NCBI RefSeq assembly: GCF_051893255.1
Contig: NZ_JBJFHB010000065.1
Span: 223-64,222, forward strand
Length of the DNA: 64,000 nt
From: Lactobacillus sp.
Lineage (GTDB): Bacteria > Bacillota > Bacilli > Lactobacillales > Lactobacillaceae
Direction of reading: 5' to 3'
The notes below the pieces were generated by a model, which did no database searches, was not told where the DNA came from, and worked only from the letters and a program-made list of their open reading frames with translations. Positions 19,134-29,975 of this stretch are shown one piece after another (position 1 is the first letter of the stretch; each line of letters opens with the position of its first letter). Made by a program: the position numbers and the translations under genes.

Positions 19134-19263
19134 CTTACTATTAACTATGTTGTTTTCTAGCCTTGTATTTTCAAATATGCTAAAATTTAACTAGCTATTG
19201 AATATTTTTGACAAACTATCTCAAATTGAGATCTAACAAACAGTTATAATTAAGGAGATTTTT

Positions 19264-19497
19264 ATGATCTACAAAGTTTTATATCAAAAGGACAAGATCG
19301 TTAACCCACGCAGAGAAACTACCCAAACTCTCTACATGGAAGCTGACAACGTGGTTGAAGCCAGAGCCCTTGTTGAACAAAACACCCCCTACAACATTGA
19401 GCTTATCCAAGAATTAACTGGCAACTCTTTGAAGTATGAGCAAGAACATGCCGACTTCAAGTTGACCACTTTCGGCACTGACAATAGTGAAGATTAA
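19264..19497 (+). CDS. rpoY: RNA polymerase epsilon subunit (YkzG/UPF0356)
   Basis: [27 protein letters not shown]; conserved rpoY-rnjA pair. Confidence 0.92.
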   Translation: MIYKVLYQKDKIVNPRRETTQTLYMEADNVVEARALVEQNTPYNIELIQELTGNSLKYEQEHADFKLTTFGTDNSED

Positions 19498-21166
19498 GAA
19501 AAACGAAGTTGCCGTTTTCGCAATCGGGGGATTACACGAAATCGGCCGGAACATGTACTGCGTCCAATACCAAGATGAAATCATCATCATGGACTGCGGG
19601 ATCAAGTTCCCTGAAGATGAACTCTTAGGGATCAACTACGTAATTTCTGACTACTCTTACCTGGTTAAAAACCGGGAAAAGATCAAGGCCTTGGTAGTCA
19701 GCCACGGCCACGAAGACCACATCGGCGGGATTCCCTTCCTGCTGGAAAAGATCCCTGAAATTCCGGTCTACGCAACGCCTTTTGCCCTAGCCTTGATCAA
19801 GAGCAAGTGTGAAGAACACGGCATCTTGGACAAGACTGAGTTGCACGTTGAAAGCGAAGACCTGGTTTTGCAATTTGACAAGCTGAGCGTCAGCTTCTTC
19901 AGAACCACCCACTCCATCCCTGACACCTTGGGGATTGCCGTTCATACGCCACTTGGCGCTGTTGTCTTCACTGGCGACTTCAAGTTTGACTTGACGCCGG
20001 TCATGAACCAGCCAGCACCAAACTTCCAAAGAATGGCTCAGCTGGGCGAAGAAGGGGTCTTAGCCCTCTTGTCTGACTCAACCAACGCTGAAGTGCCACA
20101 ATTTACCAAGTCTGAGCGCTTTGTTGCTGGTTCACTTCACAACATCATTACTGGGATCAAGGGCAGAATCATTTTTGCCACTTTTGCTTCAAACCTTTAC
20201 CGGGTTTCAACCGCTATTAAGGCTGCCATTGATACTGGCCGCAAGGTTGCGGTCTTTGGCCGAAGCATGGAAAATGGGATCCAAAATGGGATTGAGCTCG
20301 GCTATTTGAATGTTCCAGACAACTTGATCGTGGATGCCGAAACCATCAACTCCCTGCCACCGGAAAAGGTCATGATCCTGTGTACTGGTTCTCAGGGTGA
20401 ACCATTAGCTGCTCTTTCCAGAATTGCTAATGGCACCCACCGGCAAATCAAGCTGCACCCAGACGACACGGTCATCTTCTCTTCAAACCCAATTCCAGGC
20501 AACACCCTGAGCGTCAACCACCTGATCAACAAGCTGATGGAAGGCGGCGCGCATGTGGTTCACGGCAGAGTCAACAATGTCCACACTTCTGGGCATGGCG
20601 GCCAAGAAGAATTGAAGCTGATGGTCGAGCTGGCCAAGCCGAAATACATGATCCCTGTTCACGGCGAATATCGGATGCAGGTTGTTCACGCCCATCTGGC
20701 TCAACAAGCTGGCGTACCTGCCGAAAATACCTTTGTCCTGAAAAATGGTGAAGTAGTCTGCTTCAGCCCAGAAGGTGCTAGAATCGCTGGTGACCTCCAC
20801 GTCAAGGACGTCTTCGTTGATACTTCAGGTGCAGCCGACGTTGGCAACGTGGTTGTCCGCGACCGGCAGATCCTGTCTGAAGAAGGTTTGGTAGTTGCCG
20901 TAGCCACGGTTGACTACAAGCACAAGCGCGTTTTGGCCGGACCTGACATCTTGAGCCGGGGCTTTGTCTACATGCGCGAATCCCAAGACCTGATCAACGC
21001 TGCGCAAAAGCACGTTTACCACATCCTGAAGACCGAAATGGCCAAGGATGAAAAACCAAAGGACAGCGAAATCAGAAAGGCGATCATTGAAAATCTGCAA
21101 GACTTCTTGTACTCAAGAACCGAAAGAAGACCAATGATCCTGCCAATGCTGATCGAAAAGAAATAA
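19487..21166 (+). CDS. rnjA: Ribonuclease J1
   Basis: Intact HGHEDH, TTHSIPD, GDFKFD, HTSGH, PVHGE motifs. Confidence 0.96.
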   Translation: MKIKKNEVAVFAIGGLHEIGRNMYCVQYQDEIIIMDCGIKFPEDELLGINYVISDYSYLVKNREKIKALVVSHGHEDHIGGIPFLLEKIPEIPVYATPFALALIKSKCEEHGILDKTELHVESEDLVLQFDKLSVSFFRTTHSIPDTLGIAVHTPLGAVVFTGDFKFDLTPVMNQPAPNFQRMAQLGEEGVLALLSDSTNAEVPQFTKSERFVAGSLHNIITGIKGRIIFATFASNLYRVSTAIKAAIDTGRKVAVFGRSMENGIQNGIELGYLNVPDNLIVDAETINSLPPEKVMILCTGSQGEPLAALSRIANGTHRQIKLHPDDTVIFSSNPIPGNTLSVNHLINKLMEGGAHVVHGRVNNVHTSGHGGQEELKLMVELAKPKYMIPVHGEYRMQVVHAHLAQQAGVPAENTFVLKNGEVVCFSPEGARIAGDLHVKDVFVDTSGAADVGNVVVRDRQILSEEGLVVAVATVDYKHKRVLAGPDILSRGFVYMRESQDLINAAQKHVYHILKTEMAKDEKPKDSEIRKAIIENLQDFLYSRTERRPMILPMLIEKK

Positions 21167-21177
21167 GGCTTGATAGC

Positions 21178-21209
21178 AAAAAAGAACTCCTCTCCGGAGT
21201 TCTTTTTTT
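21178..21209. terminator. Bidirectional terminator between rnjA and the reductase
   Basis: AAAAAAGAACTCC-TCTCC-GGAGTTCTTTTTTT. Confidence 0.85.
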
Positions 21210-21227
21210 ATGTCCTTTTGTCATTTT

Positions 21228-22577
21228 TTACTGCTTAAAGAGATCGTTAAAGGCCTCGCTCATGGTCGGGTGGGTGTAGATTTGGTCGCGCAGGAAGCTG
21301 TAAGGCAGCTTGGCCTGCATCGCCAAGGTAATTTGGTTGATCAGCTCATGGGATTCCAGGCCATACAGGCTGGCCCCCAGGATCTGTCCGCTTGCCGGGT
21401 CAACCAGGGCCTTGAAGAAGCCCCGGCTGTCCTTGGCTACTTTGGCCTTTGGAATAGCGGCAACTGGCAACTTGAAGAGCTGATAGCTGATCCCGGCTTT
21501 TTGGGCGGCTTTTTCATTAAGGCCAACAGCTGACAGAGGCGGAGTAATGAAGACGCTGGTCGGCAGGATTTGCCGGTCACTGACTTTCCGCTTGCCTTCG
21601 CCAAAAAGCTGGTCCTTGACAATCCGGAAGTCATCTAAAGAAACATAGGTAAATTGCGGTCCGCCCTTGACGTCCCCTAAGGCCCAGACCTGGTTGGCGC
21701 TTGTTCTTAAATGGTCATCAACCTTGATGTTGCCCCGGTCATCTGTCTCAATCCCGGCTGCCGCCAGATTAAGGTCAGCCGTGTTGGCCCGCCGGCCAGC
21801 CGCGACTAAGATTTTGTCGGCTGAAAGCTGCATTTTTTCACCGCCTAATTGGTAATGGGCCACGACCTTATCAGCTTCATCGCTGACTTTATCGACATCC
21901 GCGCCTAAGATGAATTTAACTCCAACTGCTTCCAGGTCAGCCTTGACAGCGGCTCTGATATCATCGTCTTCTCTTGGCAAAAATTCCGGGCTATGGTCCA
22001 AAACAGTCACCTGGCTGCCAAAATTGGCAAACATGGCCGCGAATTCCAGACCAATGTAGCCGGCCCCCAGGATCAAGAGCTCTTTTGGCAGGTCGTTTAG
22101 ATCCATGGCTTGGGTGGAGTCCAGCCGTTTCTTGCTTTCCTTTAAGCCAGGAACTGGCGGCAAAACCGGGCTGGCCCCGGTGTTGATGAAGATCCGGTCA
22201 CCTTGAAAAATCTGCTTGCCTGCCGGCCCAGTGACTTCAATCTCTTTTTCGCCGATAAAATGGGCTGCCCCATCAAGCACGGTCACTGTCTCTTCTTGGG
22301 CCAACATCTGGTAGTTTTTCTCCCGCAAAAGGGCTGTCATTTCATTTTTACCAGCTACTGCCTCAGAAAAATCACTCCCGACCCCTGCTTCCAAAATCAA
22401 GCGCTTAGACGGCAGGCAGGCGATGTTGATGCAGGTTCCCCCGTACATCTTGGGTGACTTTTCAACCAAAAGAACCTCTTCGCCTTGCTGGCCCAGGAAC
22501 TTAGCTAGAGTTTTGCCCCCCTTGCCAAAACCAATGATGATGTTTTTGACTGTCTTCATTGTTTCGTTTTCTATCAT
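21228..22577 (-). CDS. Pyridine nucleotide-disulfide oxidoreductase, RclA/Har/MerA-like
   Basis: GFGKGG FAD site, GGTCINIACLPSK redox disulfide, GAGYIG, FLPRED, C-terminal HPT; no C-terminal Cys pair. Start could be 22559. Confidence 0.85.
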   Translation of the reverse strand: MIENETMKTVKNIIIGFGKGGKTLAKFLGQQGEEVLLVEKSPKMYGGTCINIACLPSKRLILEAGVGSDFSEAVAGKNEMTALLREKNYQMLAQEETVTVLDGAAHFIGEKEIEVTGPAGKQIFQGDRIFINTGASPVLPPVPGLKESKKRLDSTQAMDLNDLPKELLILGAGYIGLEFAAMFANFGSQVTVLDHSPEFLPREDDDIRAAVKADLEAVGVKFILGADVDKVSDEADKVVAHYQLGGEKMQLSADKILVAAGRRANTADLNLAAAGIETDDRGNIKVDDHLRTSANQVWALGDVKGGPQFTYVSLDDFRIVKDQLFGEGKRKVSDRQILPTSVFITPPLSAVGLNEKAAQKAGISYQLFKLPVAAIPKAKVAKDSRGFFKALVDPASGQILGASLYGLESHELINQITLAMQAKLPYSFLRDQIYTHPTMSEAFNDLFKQ

Positions 22578-22627
22578 TTTTAAACCAACTTTCTTAAGCC
22601 ATAACTAACTTTTTGTAAGTTGGTTTA

Positions 22628-22656
22628 AGTATACCTCATCTCTTCCTTTTTGTCAG
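22628..22656 (-). promoter_or_regulatory. Sigma-A promoter of the reductase
   Basis: CTGACA-N17-TATACT. Confidence 0.65.
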
Positions 22657-22745
22657 CACTTTACTTACAAAAAGTAACCTTCTTATTTTTGGGGTAAAAA
22701 AGAAAGACCGGTCAATCCGATCTTTCTGTCAAAAACTTTCTTAAG

Positions 22746-25136
22746 TTAAGCTCCCGGCCCCTTGGTCCGGACAATTTCCGCCAGATTCTTGCATCCCTGA
22801 ACCAGGTCCGCCATGCCAACCATCGGGGAAATCTCTCCCCGGCTGATCCGGGCCCCGGTCAAGATGTAGTCTTCGACTTTTTCGTCTACAGCAGGAATCT
22901 TCTCTTCAGGGGCACTATTTTCTTGCCCTTCATCTGCCTTTTTGCCTTCTTCAGGCTTAAAGTGATCCTTTAAGAGCCAAACCAGGTTGGTCCGCCGCTC
23001 ATTGCCCTTCACGGCCAGGGCTTGGGCAAAGGCGCGCTCTTCCCCAACCATGACCAGCTTGCTGGAGGCCCGGGTAATGGCCGTATACAAGAGATTGCGC
23101 TTCAGCATGATGTAGTTCTGCATGGTCAGGCAGAGGATTACCAGCGGAAATTCTGAGCCCTGAGACTTATGGATGGTGATGGCATAAGCCCGGGTCAGGT
23201 TGTTTAAGTCCAGCTGAGTTAAAGCAACTTCCTTCCCGTCAAAATTGACGATCAGCTTGATATCATCATCCTCATCTTCCATTTCGGGTTCAACCGCAAT
23301 CACCTTGCCGATTTCTCCGTTGTAGATGCCCTTATCGGGGTTGTTTTGCAGCTGCAGAACCCGGTCATTGAGGCGGAACTGCTCTTGGTGGGCTTCTACG
23401 ACTTTGCTAGTCTCGCTCACCGGATTAATGACGTTCTGCAAGACGTCATTTAAGTGGGTAATCCCGCTCTCGCCCCGGTACATGGCACCTAAGACCTGGA
23501 TGTCGTCAGCTGGAAAGCCGCTCTTGAGGGCGGCGCGGGTAATCTGTTCTACTGCGCTGGCAACATTGCGGGGACCGCATGGAATAAAGGAGTAGCTCTT
23601 GGTCTTTTGCGTCAGCATCTCCGGATTAGCCCCTTGGTTGACGGCGTGAGCAAGCGGGATGATGGTTGAGCCATCTTTTTGCCGGTGAACGACCGTCAAC
23701 TTAGTAGTTGGAATAGTCCTTGAGGCAATTAAATCTGCAAACACGTTGCCGGCCCCTACCGATGGCAGCTGGTCCTTGTCCCCCACGAAGACCACGTGCT
23801 TAACGTTCTTGATGGCTTCCAGCAATTTTTCAAACAAGTAGATGTCAACCATCGACATTTCGTCAATGATCAAGATCTCGCCTTCCAGCTCATTAAGGTC
23901 AGCGTCTTCCCCGTCAATCCCTAGGCCAAGCAGCCGGTGGATGGTTCTAGCTTGGTAGCCCGTCACCTCGCTCATCCGCTTGGCGGCCCGGCCAGTTGGG
24001 GCGGCTAGCAGGATATTGTCTTCAGCTTCCTCTTCGTCAAAACCGGTCAGTTCTTTTAAGGCTAAAAGGATGCCGTTGATGATCGTCGTTTTCCCACTGC
24101 CGGGACCCCCGGTCAAGATAGAAACCGGCTTGGTTACCGCATTTTTGACCGACTGCTTTTGCTCAGGGTCATAGGATATCTCAAGGCGGGCCTCTGCATT
24201 TTCGATGGCCTCGCTTATTTCCGCATCCTCGTAGTCGCTGTCTTTCGTCTTTAAAAGGCGCTCAATCTCAAAAACAATATTGCTTTCAACCTCATAAGGC
24301 TGCTTGAGGCTGGCCCGGTTATTGACAGCCACGACTTTACCCTTTTCCTGCAGGCTATTGACGCCATCGGCTAGGCGGTCAAAGGGACAGTCAGTTAATT
24401 CATTAGCACGCTTTAAGAGGTCCTCTAAGTCTAAATAGGTTTCCCCATCTGCCCCTAGCGCTTGGAGCAAGACCGCGATGATGCTGCCTTCGGCCCGCTC
24501 AAGAGATGTCATTTTGATGCCAAAATGCCTTGCCAGCTGGTCAGCCATCTTAAAAGAATAGCCGGTCACGTCAAGAGGCTCATAGGGATTGACCTGGAGC
24601 TTTTGCAAGGTTTGGTCATGGAACTTTTGGTAGAGTCTAGCCGCAACTTTTTTATTAACGCCAAAAGGAGCCAATTTTAAGTAGAGGTCGTCAAATGAGT
24701 CAATGGACTTCAAGCCGGCCAGCAGGCTGTCTTTTTGCTTTTGAGTCAGGTCCAGCTGGGCCACCTGGCTTGGATCAGCCTGGAGGCTCTTTAAGCTGTC
24801 TGGGCCCAGCTGCTGGACGATCTTAGCTGCAGTTTTTTCCCCGATACCCGGAAACTTGTCTGAGGACAGGTACTTTTCCACGCTGCCATCCCCGCTTGGC
24901 AAGACTGCTTGGCAGGCATCAGCTTGAAACTGCAGGCCATAGCGGGGGTGGGTCACCAGCTGGCCAGTAAACTGGTATTCTTGCCCCTCTTCCAGGTCGC
25001 CAAAGGTGCCAGTCACCTTGATCTCATCGTCATCGTAATCTGGCACGGGACTAGTCAGGTCAATCACCAGAATTTTGTACATGTTTTGTGGATTTTGGTA
25101 GATAATGCTCTTTAAAGTACCGGTAATTTCCGTCAT
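22746..25136 (-). CDS. recD2: RecD2-like SF1B helicase
   Basis: HPRYGLQF, GIGEKTA HhH, GGPGSGKTT, APTGRAA, IDEMSM, TIHKSQGSE. Confidence 0.95.
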   Translation of the reverse strand: MTEITGTLKSIIYQNPQNMYKILVIDLTSPVPDYDDDEIKVTGTFGDLEEGQEYQFTGQLVTHPRYGLQFQADACQAVLPSGDGSVEKYLSSDKFPGIGEKTAAKIVQQLGPDSLKSLQADPSQVAQLDLTQKQKDSLLAGLKSIDSFDDLYLKLAPFGVNKKVAARLYQKFHDQTLQKLQVNPYEPLDVTGYSFKMADQLARHFGIKMTSLERAEGSIIAVLLQALGADGETYLDLEDLLKRANELTDCPFDRLADGVNSLQEKGKVVAVNNRASLKQPYEVESNIVFEIERLLKTKDSDYEDAEISEAIENAEARLEISYDPEQKQSVKNAVTKPVSILTGGPGSGKTTIINGILLALKELTGFDEEEAEDNILLAAPTGRAAKRMSEVTGYQARTIHRLLGLGIDGEDADLNELEGEILIIDEMSMVDIYLFEKLLEAIKNVKHVVFVGDKDQLPSVGAGNVFADLIASRTIPTTKLTVVHRQKDGSTIIPLAHAVNQGANPEMLTQKTKSYSFIPCGPRNVASAVEQITRAALKSGFPADDIQVLGAMYRGESGITHLNDVLQNVINPVSETSKVVEAHQEQFRLNDRVLQLQNNPDKGIYNGEIGKVIAVEPEMEDEDDDIKLIVNFDGKEVALTQLDLNNLTRAYAITIHKSQGSEFPLVILCLTMQNYIMLKRNLLYTAITRASSKLVMVGEERAFAQALAVKGNERRTNLVWLLKDHFKPEEGKKADEGQENSAPEEKIPAVDEKVEDYILTGARISRGEISPMVGMADLVQGCKNLAEIVRTKGPGA

Positions 25137-25160
25137 CTTGCACGTCCTTGCTTCTCGCTC

Positions 25161-25823
25161 TTACTTCTTAACTTGCCCGCCCTGCTTTTGGCTGACCAGT
25201 TTTAACAGTGACTGGTACTGGTCTTTAGCCTGTTTGTAGTATTTGGGATCCATTTTTTCTGCCTTGGCAAAAAATTGGTCCGCCCGGTCCCGGTCAGCCT
25301 CAAGGCAGCTGACCCCCAGCAAAAAATTCACCTTAGCTGAGCGCTTTTTCTCCGGAATGGCCAAAAAGCTGCCTTCAGCTGCTTTTAGATCGCCCAGTGC
25401 CAGCCAAATGTCACCAAGTAATTCTTTGACCTTGTCGCCTTGCTCTTTAATAGACAGGGCATGGGCCAAGGCACGTGAGGTCTGCCCCATTTTGAGGTAA
25501 ACCAGGGCCTTTTGATAGAGGGTCAAGTCATCATTCGGGATGTTTTTTAACAATGCCAAGGATTTGTCAAAGTCACCATTGGCATAATAAGCTACAGCTA
25601 GGTCATAGTCCAGGTCGCCAGGATTGTCGACTAATCCTCTAGCCTTCTCCAAAAGCTCCTGGGCTTGTTCTGGGCTGCCCTGGTCTAATAAATAAGTGGC
25701 CAGCTGCATGTAGTTATTGGCGTTTTTGGGCTTTTGGTCAATCAAGGCAATCAACTGGTGAATTGCCTCTTTGCTCTTGCCAGCTTGGTAGAGCTCATCA
25801 ATTTGCTTGTTTTCGTTCATCAT
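25161..25823 (-). CDS. TPR-repeat protein (YrrB-like)
   Basis: Tandem TPR-like helices; mnmA...TPR-recD2 synteny; start reassigned to ATG 25823 (ATGA overlap). Confidence 0.8.
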   Translation of the reverse strand: MMNENKQIDELYQAGKSKEAIHQLIALIDQKPKNANNYMQLATYLLDQGSPEQAQELLEKARGLVDNPGDLDYDLAVAYYANGDFDKSLALLKNIPNDDLTLYQKALVYLKMGQTSRALAHALSIKEQGDKVKELLGDIWLALGDLKAAEGSFLAIPEKKRSAKVNFLLGVSCLEADRDRADQFFAKAEKMDPKYYKQAKDQYQSLLKLVSQKQGGQVKK

Positions 25824-26476
25824 AGACCGTCCGTTTCTGACATCTGGTGGCCAAGAGGCGTAACGTCTGACCACTTGACCAGGTCAAACTTGCCGCCATC
25901 CCGGCTCTTTAAAATGGTTAGGCTGGTATTGTAGATTACGCCGTTTTGCCTTAAATGAGACAGGTCATAGCCAAGCAGCGCCCCCATGATGGCAGATAAA
26001 ACGGCGCCGTGGCTGACTACCAAGATCTTGTCGCTGTCTTTAGGGTATTTTTCCGCCATTTCCTGGCCAAAAGAGAGGCCTCTTTCCATGGCGCTTTGGT
26101 AGCTCTCCCCACCAACTACAGCTGCATCGTATTTTTCTGGGTGGTGCCAAAAGTTGTCGATCTCTGCTGGAAAAAGCTTTTCTGCATCAGCATACTTCAT
26201 CCCTTCCAGTTGCCCCAGATTCATCTCCCGCAGGCGTTCATCTAAGTGGATGGGCAGGCGGCACTGGGCTGCATCAGCAATGCCCTGAGCAGTCTGTCTG
26301 GCCCTTTCCAAGGGACTGGAATAAACGGCTTGAAAGTGGGTCCCGCGCAGGTAGTGGCCCATTTTTTCAATGTCCTCCCAGCTGCTCTTTAAGAGCTTGG
26401 AGTCGCCTTGCCCCCCTTGAAAGCGTTGTTCCAGATTCCATTCGGTCTTGCCATGTCTGATAAAATAAATCTCCAT
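25820..26476 (-). CDS. Histidine phosphatase (phosphoglycerate mutase family)
   Basis: RHGKT, SSPLERA, LREMNLG, VSHG. Confidence 0.92.
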   Translation of the reverse strand: MEIYFIRHGKTEWNLEQRFQGGQGDSKLLKSSWEDIEKMGHYLRGTHFQAVYSSPLERARQTAQGIADAAQCRLPIHLDERLREMNLGQLEGMKYADAEKLFPAEIDNFWHHPEKYDAAVVGGESYQSAMERGLSFGQEMAEKYPKDSDKILVVSHGAVLSAIMGALLGYDLSHLRQNGVIYNTSLTILKSRDGGKFDLVKWSDVTPLGHQMSETDGL

Positions 26477-26566
26477 AAATTATTTTCGCCTCTTCGTAAA
26501 CTGTCTTCTTCATTATAGCAAAAAAAGGCCGAGTCAAATTGACTCAGCCTTGCTAAAAAGCAGATA

Positions 26567-27700
<1,134 letters not shown>

Positions 27701-28042
27701 TCAATCCTTCACTTCAGATAAAATCTTGCGCTCCTCCAGGTCCTTCAAAATGTAGTTTAAAAGTTCCACCGTTGGAGCCAGCTGCTTATTTTTGAAAATA
27801 TTTACTTTTTGCAAACCGCTTGGATCCGTAACGACCATGGTGAGGTGGCTCAAATCGCTCTTAACCGTCATCTTCAGCTTAGTCGTCGCGTTGTATGGAG
27901 ATTCATTGTAAAGTGGGTGTTCGTAGACGAAGTTGCCCCGAGCCGTCTTTTGAAAACCGGCATCGATCAAGGCATAAAGCTTCACGTCTGGGTTCAAAAC
28001 AAACTTTCTTTGATCGCCATTGATTGTCACAGTATTAGCCAT
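27701..28042 (-). CDS. Conserved hypothetical protein, DUF1831-like
   Basis: 113 aa between iscS and mnmA; family assignment from synteny and recollection only. Confidence 0.6.
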   Translation of the reverse strand: MANTVTINGDQRKFVLNPDVKLYALIDAGFQKTARGNFVYEHPLYNESPYNATTKLKMTVKSDLSHLTMVVTDPSGLQKVNIFKNKQLAPTVELLNYILKDLEERKILSEVKD

Positions 28043-28095
28043 AAAGTAAAACCTCGCTTATTAATTGTAAGTATTTTTCTAAAAAAAGCAAGAAT

Positions 28096-29259
28096 TTAGT
28101 CTTGCGTCTTCTTTTCCTGCATTCTCTTGGCCACCTTGATCAAGGCATCCGCAAAGGCAGCCACCTCTTCGGCCGTGTTGTAGCGGCCAAAGGAGACTCT
28201 GATTGACTCCGAAATCCGCGGAGAGTCTGGTCCAAACATGGCAGTCAAGACATGAGATGGGGTCAAGCTCCCGGCCGTACATGCGGATCCGCCAGAAACG
28301 GCAAAGCCAGCAAGGTCCAAGTTGGCGATCAAGAGGTAAGTGGAGGCGCCCTTGATCCGCAAGTTCAAGACGTGGTGAGAAACCAGACCAGTCAAGGGGC
28401 TGTTGACTTCGTAGTCAATGCCAGCTTGGTCTAAGCGGTCTAAGACCAGCTTTTGGAAGTTGGTGTACTTTTCCTGCAATTCTGCCTTAGAAACTACTTG
28501 GGTTTCCTCTACAGCCAGGCCAAAGCCGGCGATGCCGGGCACGTTTTCCGTACCAGCCCGCCGCTTCATTTCCTGGTCACCGCCGTAAATCAGGTTTGGC
28601 AGGCGGATGCCGTCTCTTTCGTACAAAAAGCCTAAGAACTTTGGCCCATTGATCTTGTGGGCCGAAGTGGACATAAAGTCAATCTTCATATCTTGCACGT
28701 CCAGGTCAATATTGCCAAGACCCTGCACAGCGTCCACATGGAAGTAGGCGTTAGTCTCAGCGACCATCTCACCGATTTCCTTTAGCGGGTTAACGGTGCC
28801 AACTTCGTTATTGACGGCCATGACTGAAACCAAGATGGTATCAGGCGTCAGAGCCTGTTTTAAGTCATCTAAAGAGATGTGGCCATCCCGGTCAACGTCC
28901 AGATAAGTAACGCTGTAGCCTTGGCTTTCCAGTTTTTGCATGGACCGCAAAACGGACTCGTGCTCAATCTTGGTCGTGATCAGGTGCTTGCCGATGTCTT
29001 TTCTCAGTTCGGCCACGCCAAAAATGACATTATTATTGCTTTCTGAACCACCAGAGGTAAAGATGATTTCCTGGTCCTTGGCGTTAATGGCTTGAGCAAT
29101 GGTGTGACGGGCACTTTCGACCACGTTGCGGGCCTTGCGGCCAAAGCCGTGGGTGCTTGAGGCATTGCCAAAGTCATTCTTCATCTCATTGCTGATCAAG
29201 TCAATGACGGCTGGCGACATGGGAGTCGTCGCCGCATTGTCCAAATAAATCTGCTCCAT
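28096..29259 (-). CDS. iscS: Cysteine desulfurase (IscS/YrvO-type)
   Basis: YLDNAATT, HVDAVQ, SAHKING (PLP Lys), SGGSACTAG. Confidence 0.93.
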   Translation of the reverse strand: MEQIYLDNAATTPMSPAVIDLISNEMKNDFGNASSTHGFGRKARNVVESARHTIAQAINAKDQEIIFTSGGSESNNNVIFGVAELRKDIGKHLITTKIEHESVLRSMQKLESQGYSVTYLDVDRDGHISLDDLKQALTPDTILVSVMAVNNEVGTVNPLKEIGEMVAETNAYFHVDAVQGLGNIDLDVQDMKIDFMSTSAHKINGPKFLGFLYERDGIRLPNLIYGGDQEMKRRAGTENVPGIAGFGLAVEETQVVSKAELQEKYTNFQKLVLDRLDQAGIDYEVNSPLTGLVSHHVLNLRIKGASTYLLIANLDLAGFAVSGGSACTAGSLTPSHVLTAMFGPDSPRISESIRVSFGRYNTAEEVAAFADALIKVAKRMQEKKTQD

Positions 29260-29957
29260 TAAAACTCACTCTCCTGCAAGAAATTGACGATCATGTCGGC
29301 AGCCTTGGCCCCCACCTTTTTGACAAAGGCAGCAAAGTCATCATCCGCATTTTCATCGCCGTTGTCAGAAATAGCTCTTAAGGCAATCAGGGGCACGTTA
29401 AAGTGGTAGGCCACTTGGGCAAAGGCTGCCCCCTCCATTTCACAGCACAGGGCATCTGGGAAGTTCTTGATGATTTCGTCTTTTTGCGCCTGAGCAGAAA
29501 TAAAGGAGTCGCCAGTCACCACTAGGCCTTGGTGGTACTGAATGCCCTTTTGGTCCAAAAAGGCCTTGAACTGGTCCCGAGCTGGGGAATCCAGCACAAA
29601 GCGGGCAGGCTCTTGCGGAATTTGCCCTTCCACATAGTTGCCGGCTGAGGTGTTGTGGGCATCGTGGTAGGCAAATTCTGTAGGCAAGACCAAGTCTTCT
29701 TTGCGAACCTTGGCGTTGAGTGAGCCAGCTGAACCCGTCATGATCACGAGGTCAATTTTTTCTTTGGCCAAGAGGCTGGTCAGGTTCATCGCTGCCTGCA
29801 CCTTGCCAATCCCGGTTAAGCCCAGGTAAAGATCGTTTCCTTGAACGGAAAAATGTTCGAATTCTGTCGAACCGAACATTTCTTTCTTGCCTGAGGAAAA
29901 GTACTGGTGATAAAATTCGGCTTCTTCAGCCATTGGTACAACGATTGCAATTTTCAT
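29259..29957 (-). CDS. mtnN: 5'-methylthioadenosine/S-adenosylhomocysteine nucleosidase
   Basis: GIGKVQAA, VTGDSFI, EMEGAA, RAISD. Confidence 0.95.
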   Translation of the reverse strand: MKIAIVVPMAEEAEFYHQYFSSGKKEMFGSTEFEHFSVQGNDLYLGLTGIGKVQAAMNLTSLLAKEKIDLVIMTGSAGSLNAKVRKEDLVLPTEFAYHDAHNTSAGNYVEGQIPQEPARFVLDSPARDQFKAFLDQKGIQYHQGLVVTGDSFISAQAQKDEIIKNFPDALCCEMEGAAFAQVAYHFNVPLIALRAISDNGDENADDDFAAFVKKVGAKAADMIVNFLQESEF

Positions 29958-29975
29958 CGCTTATCCTCAATTCAA

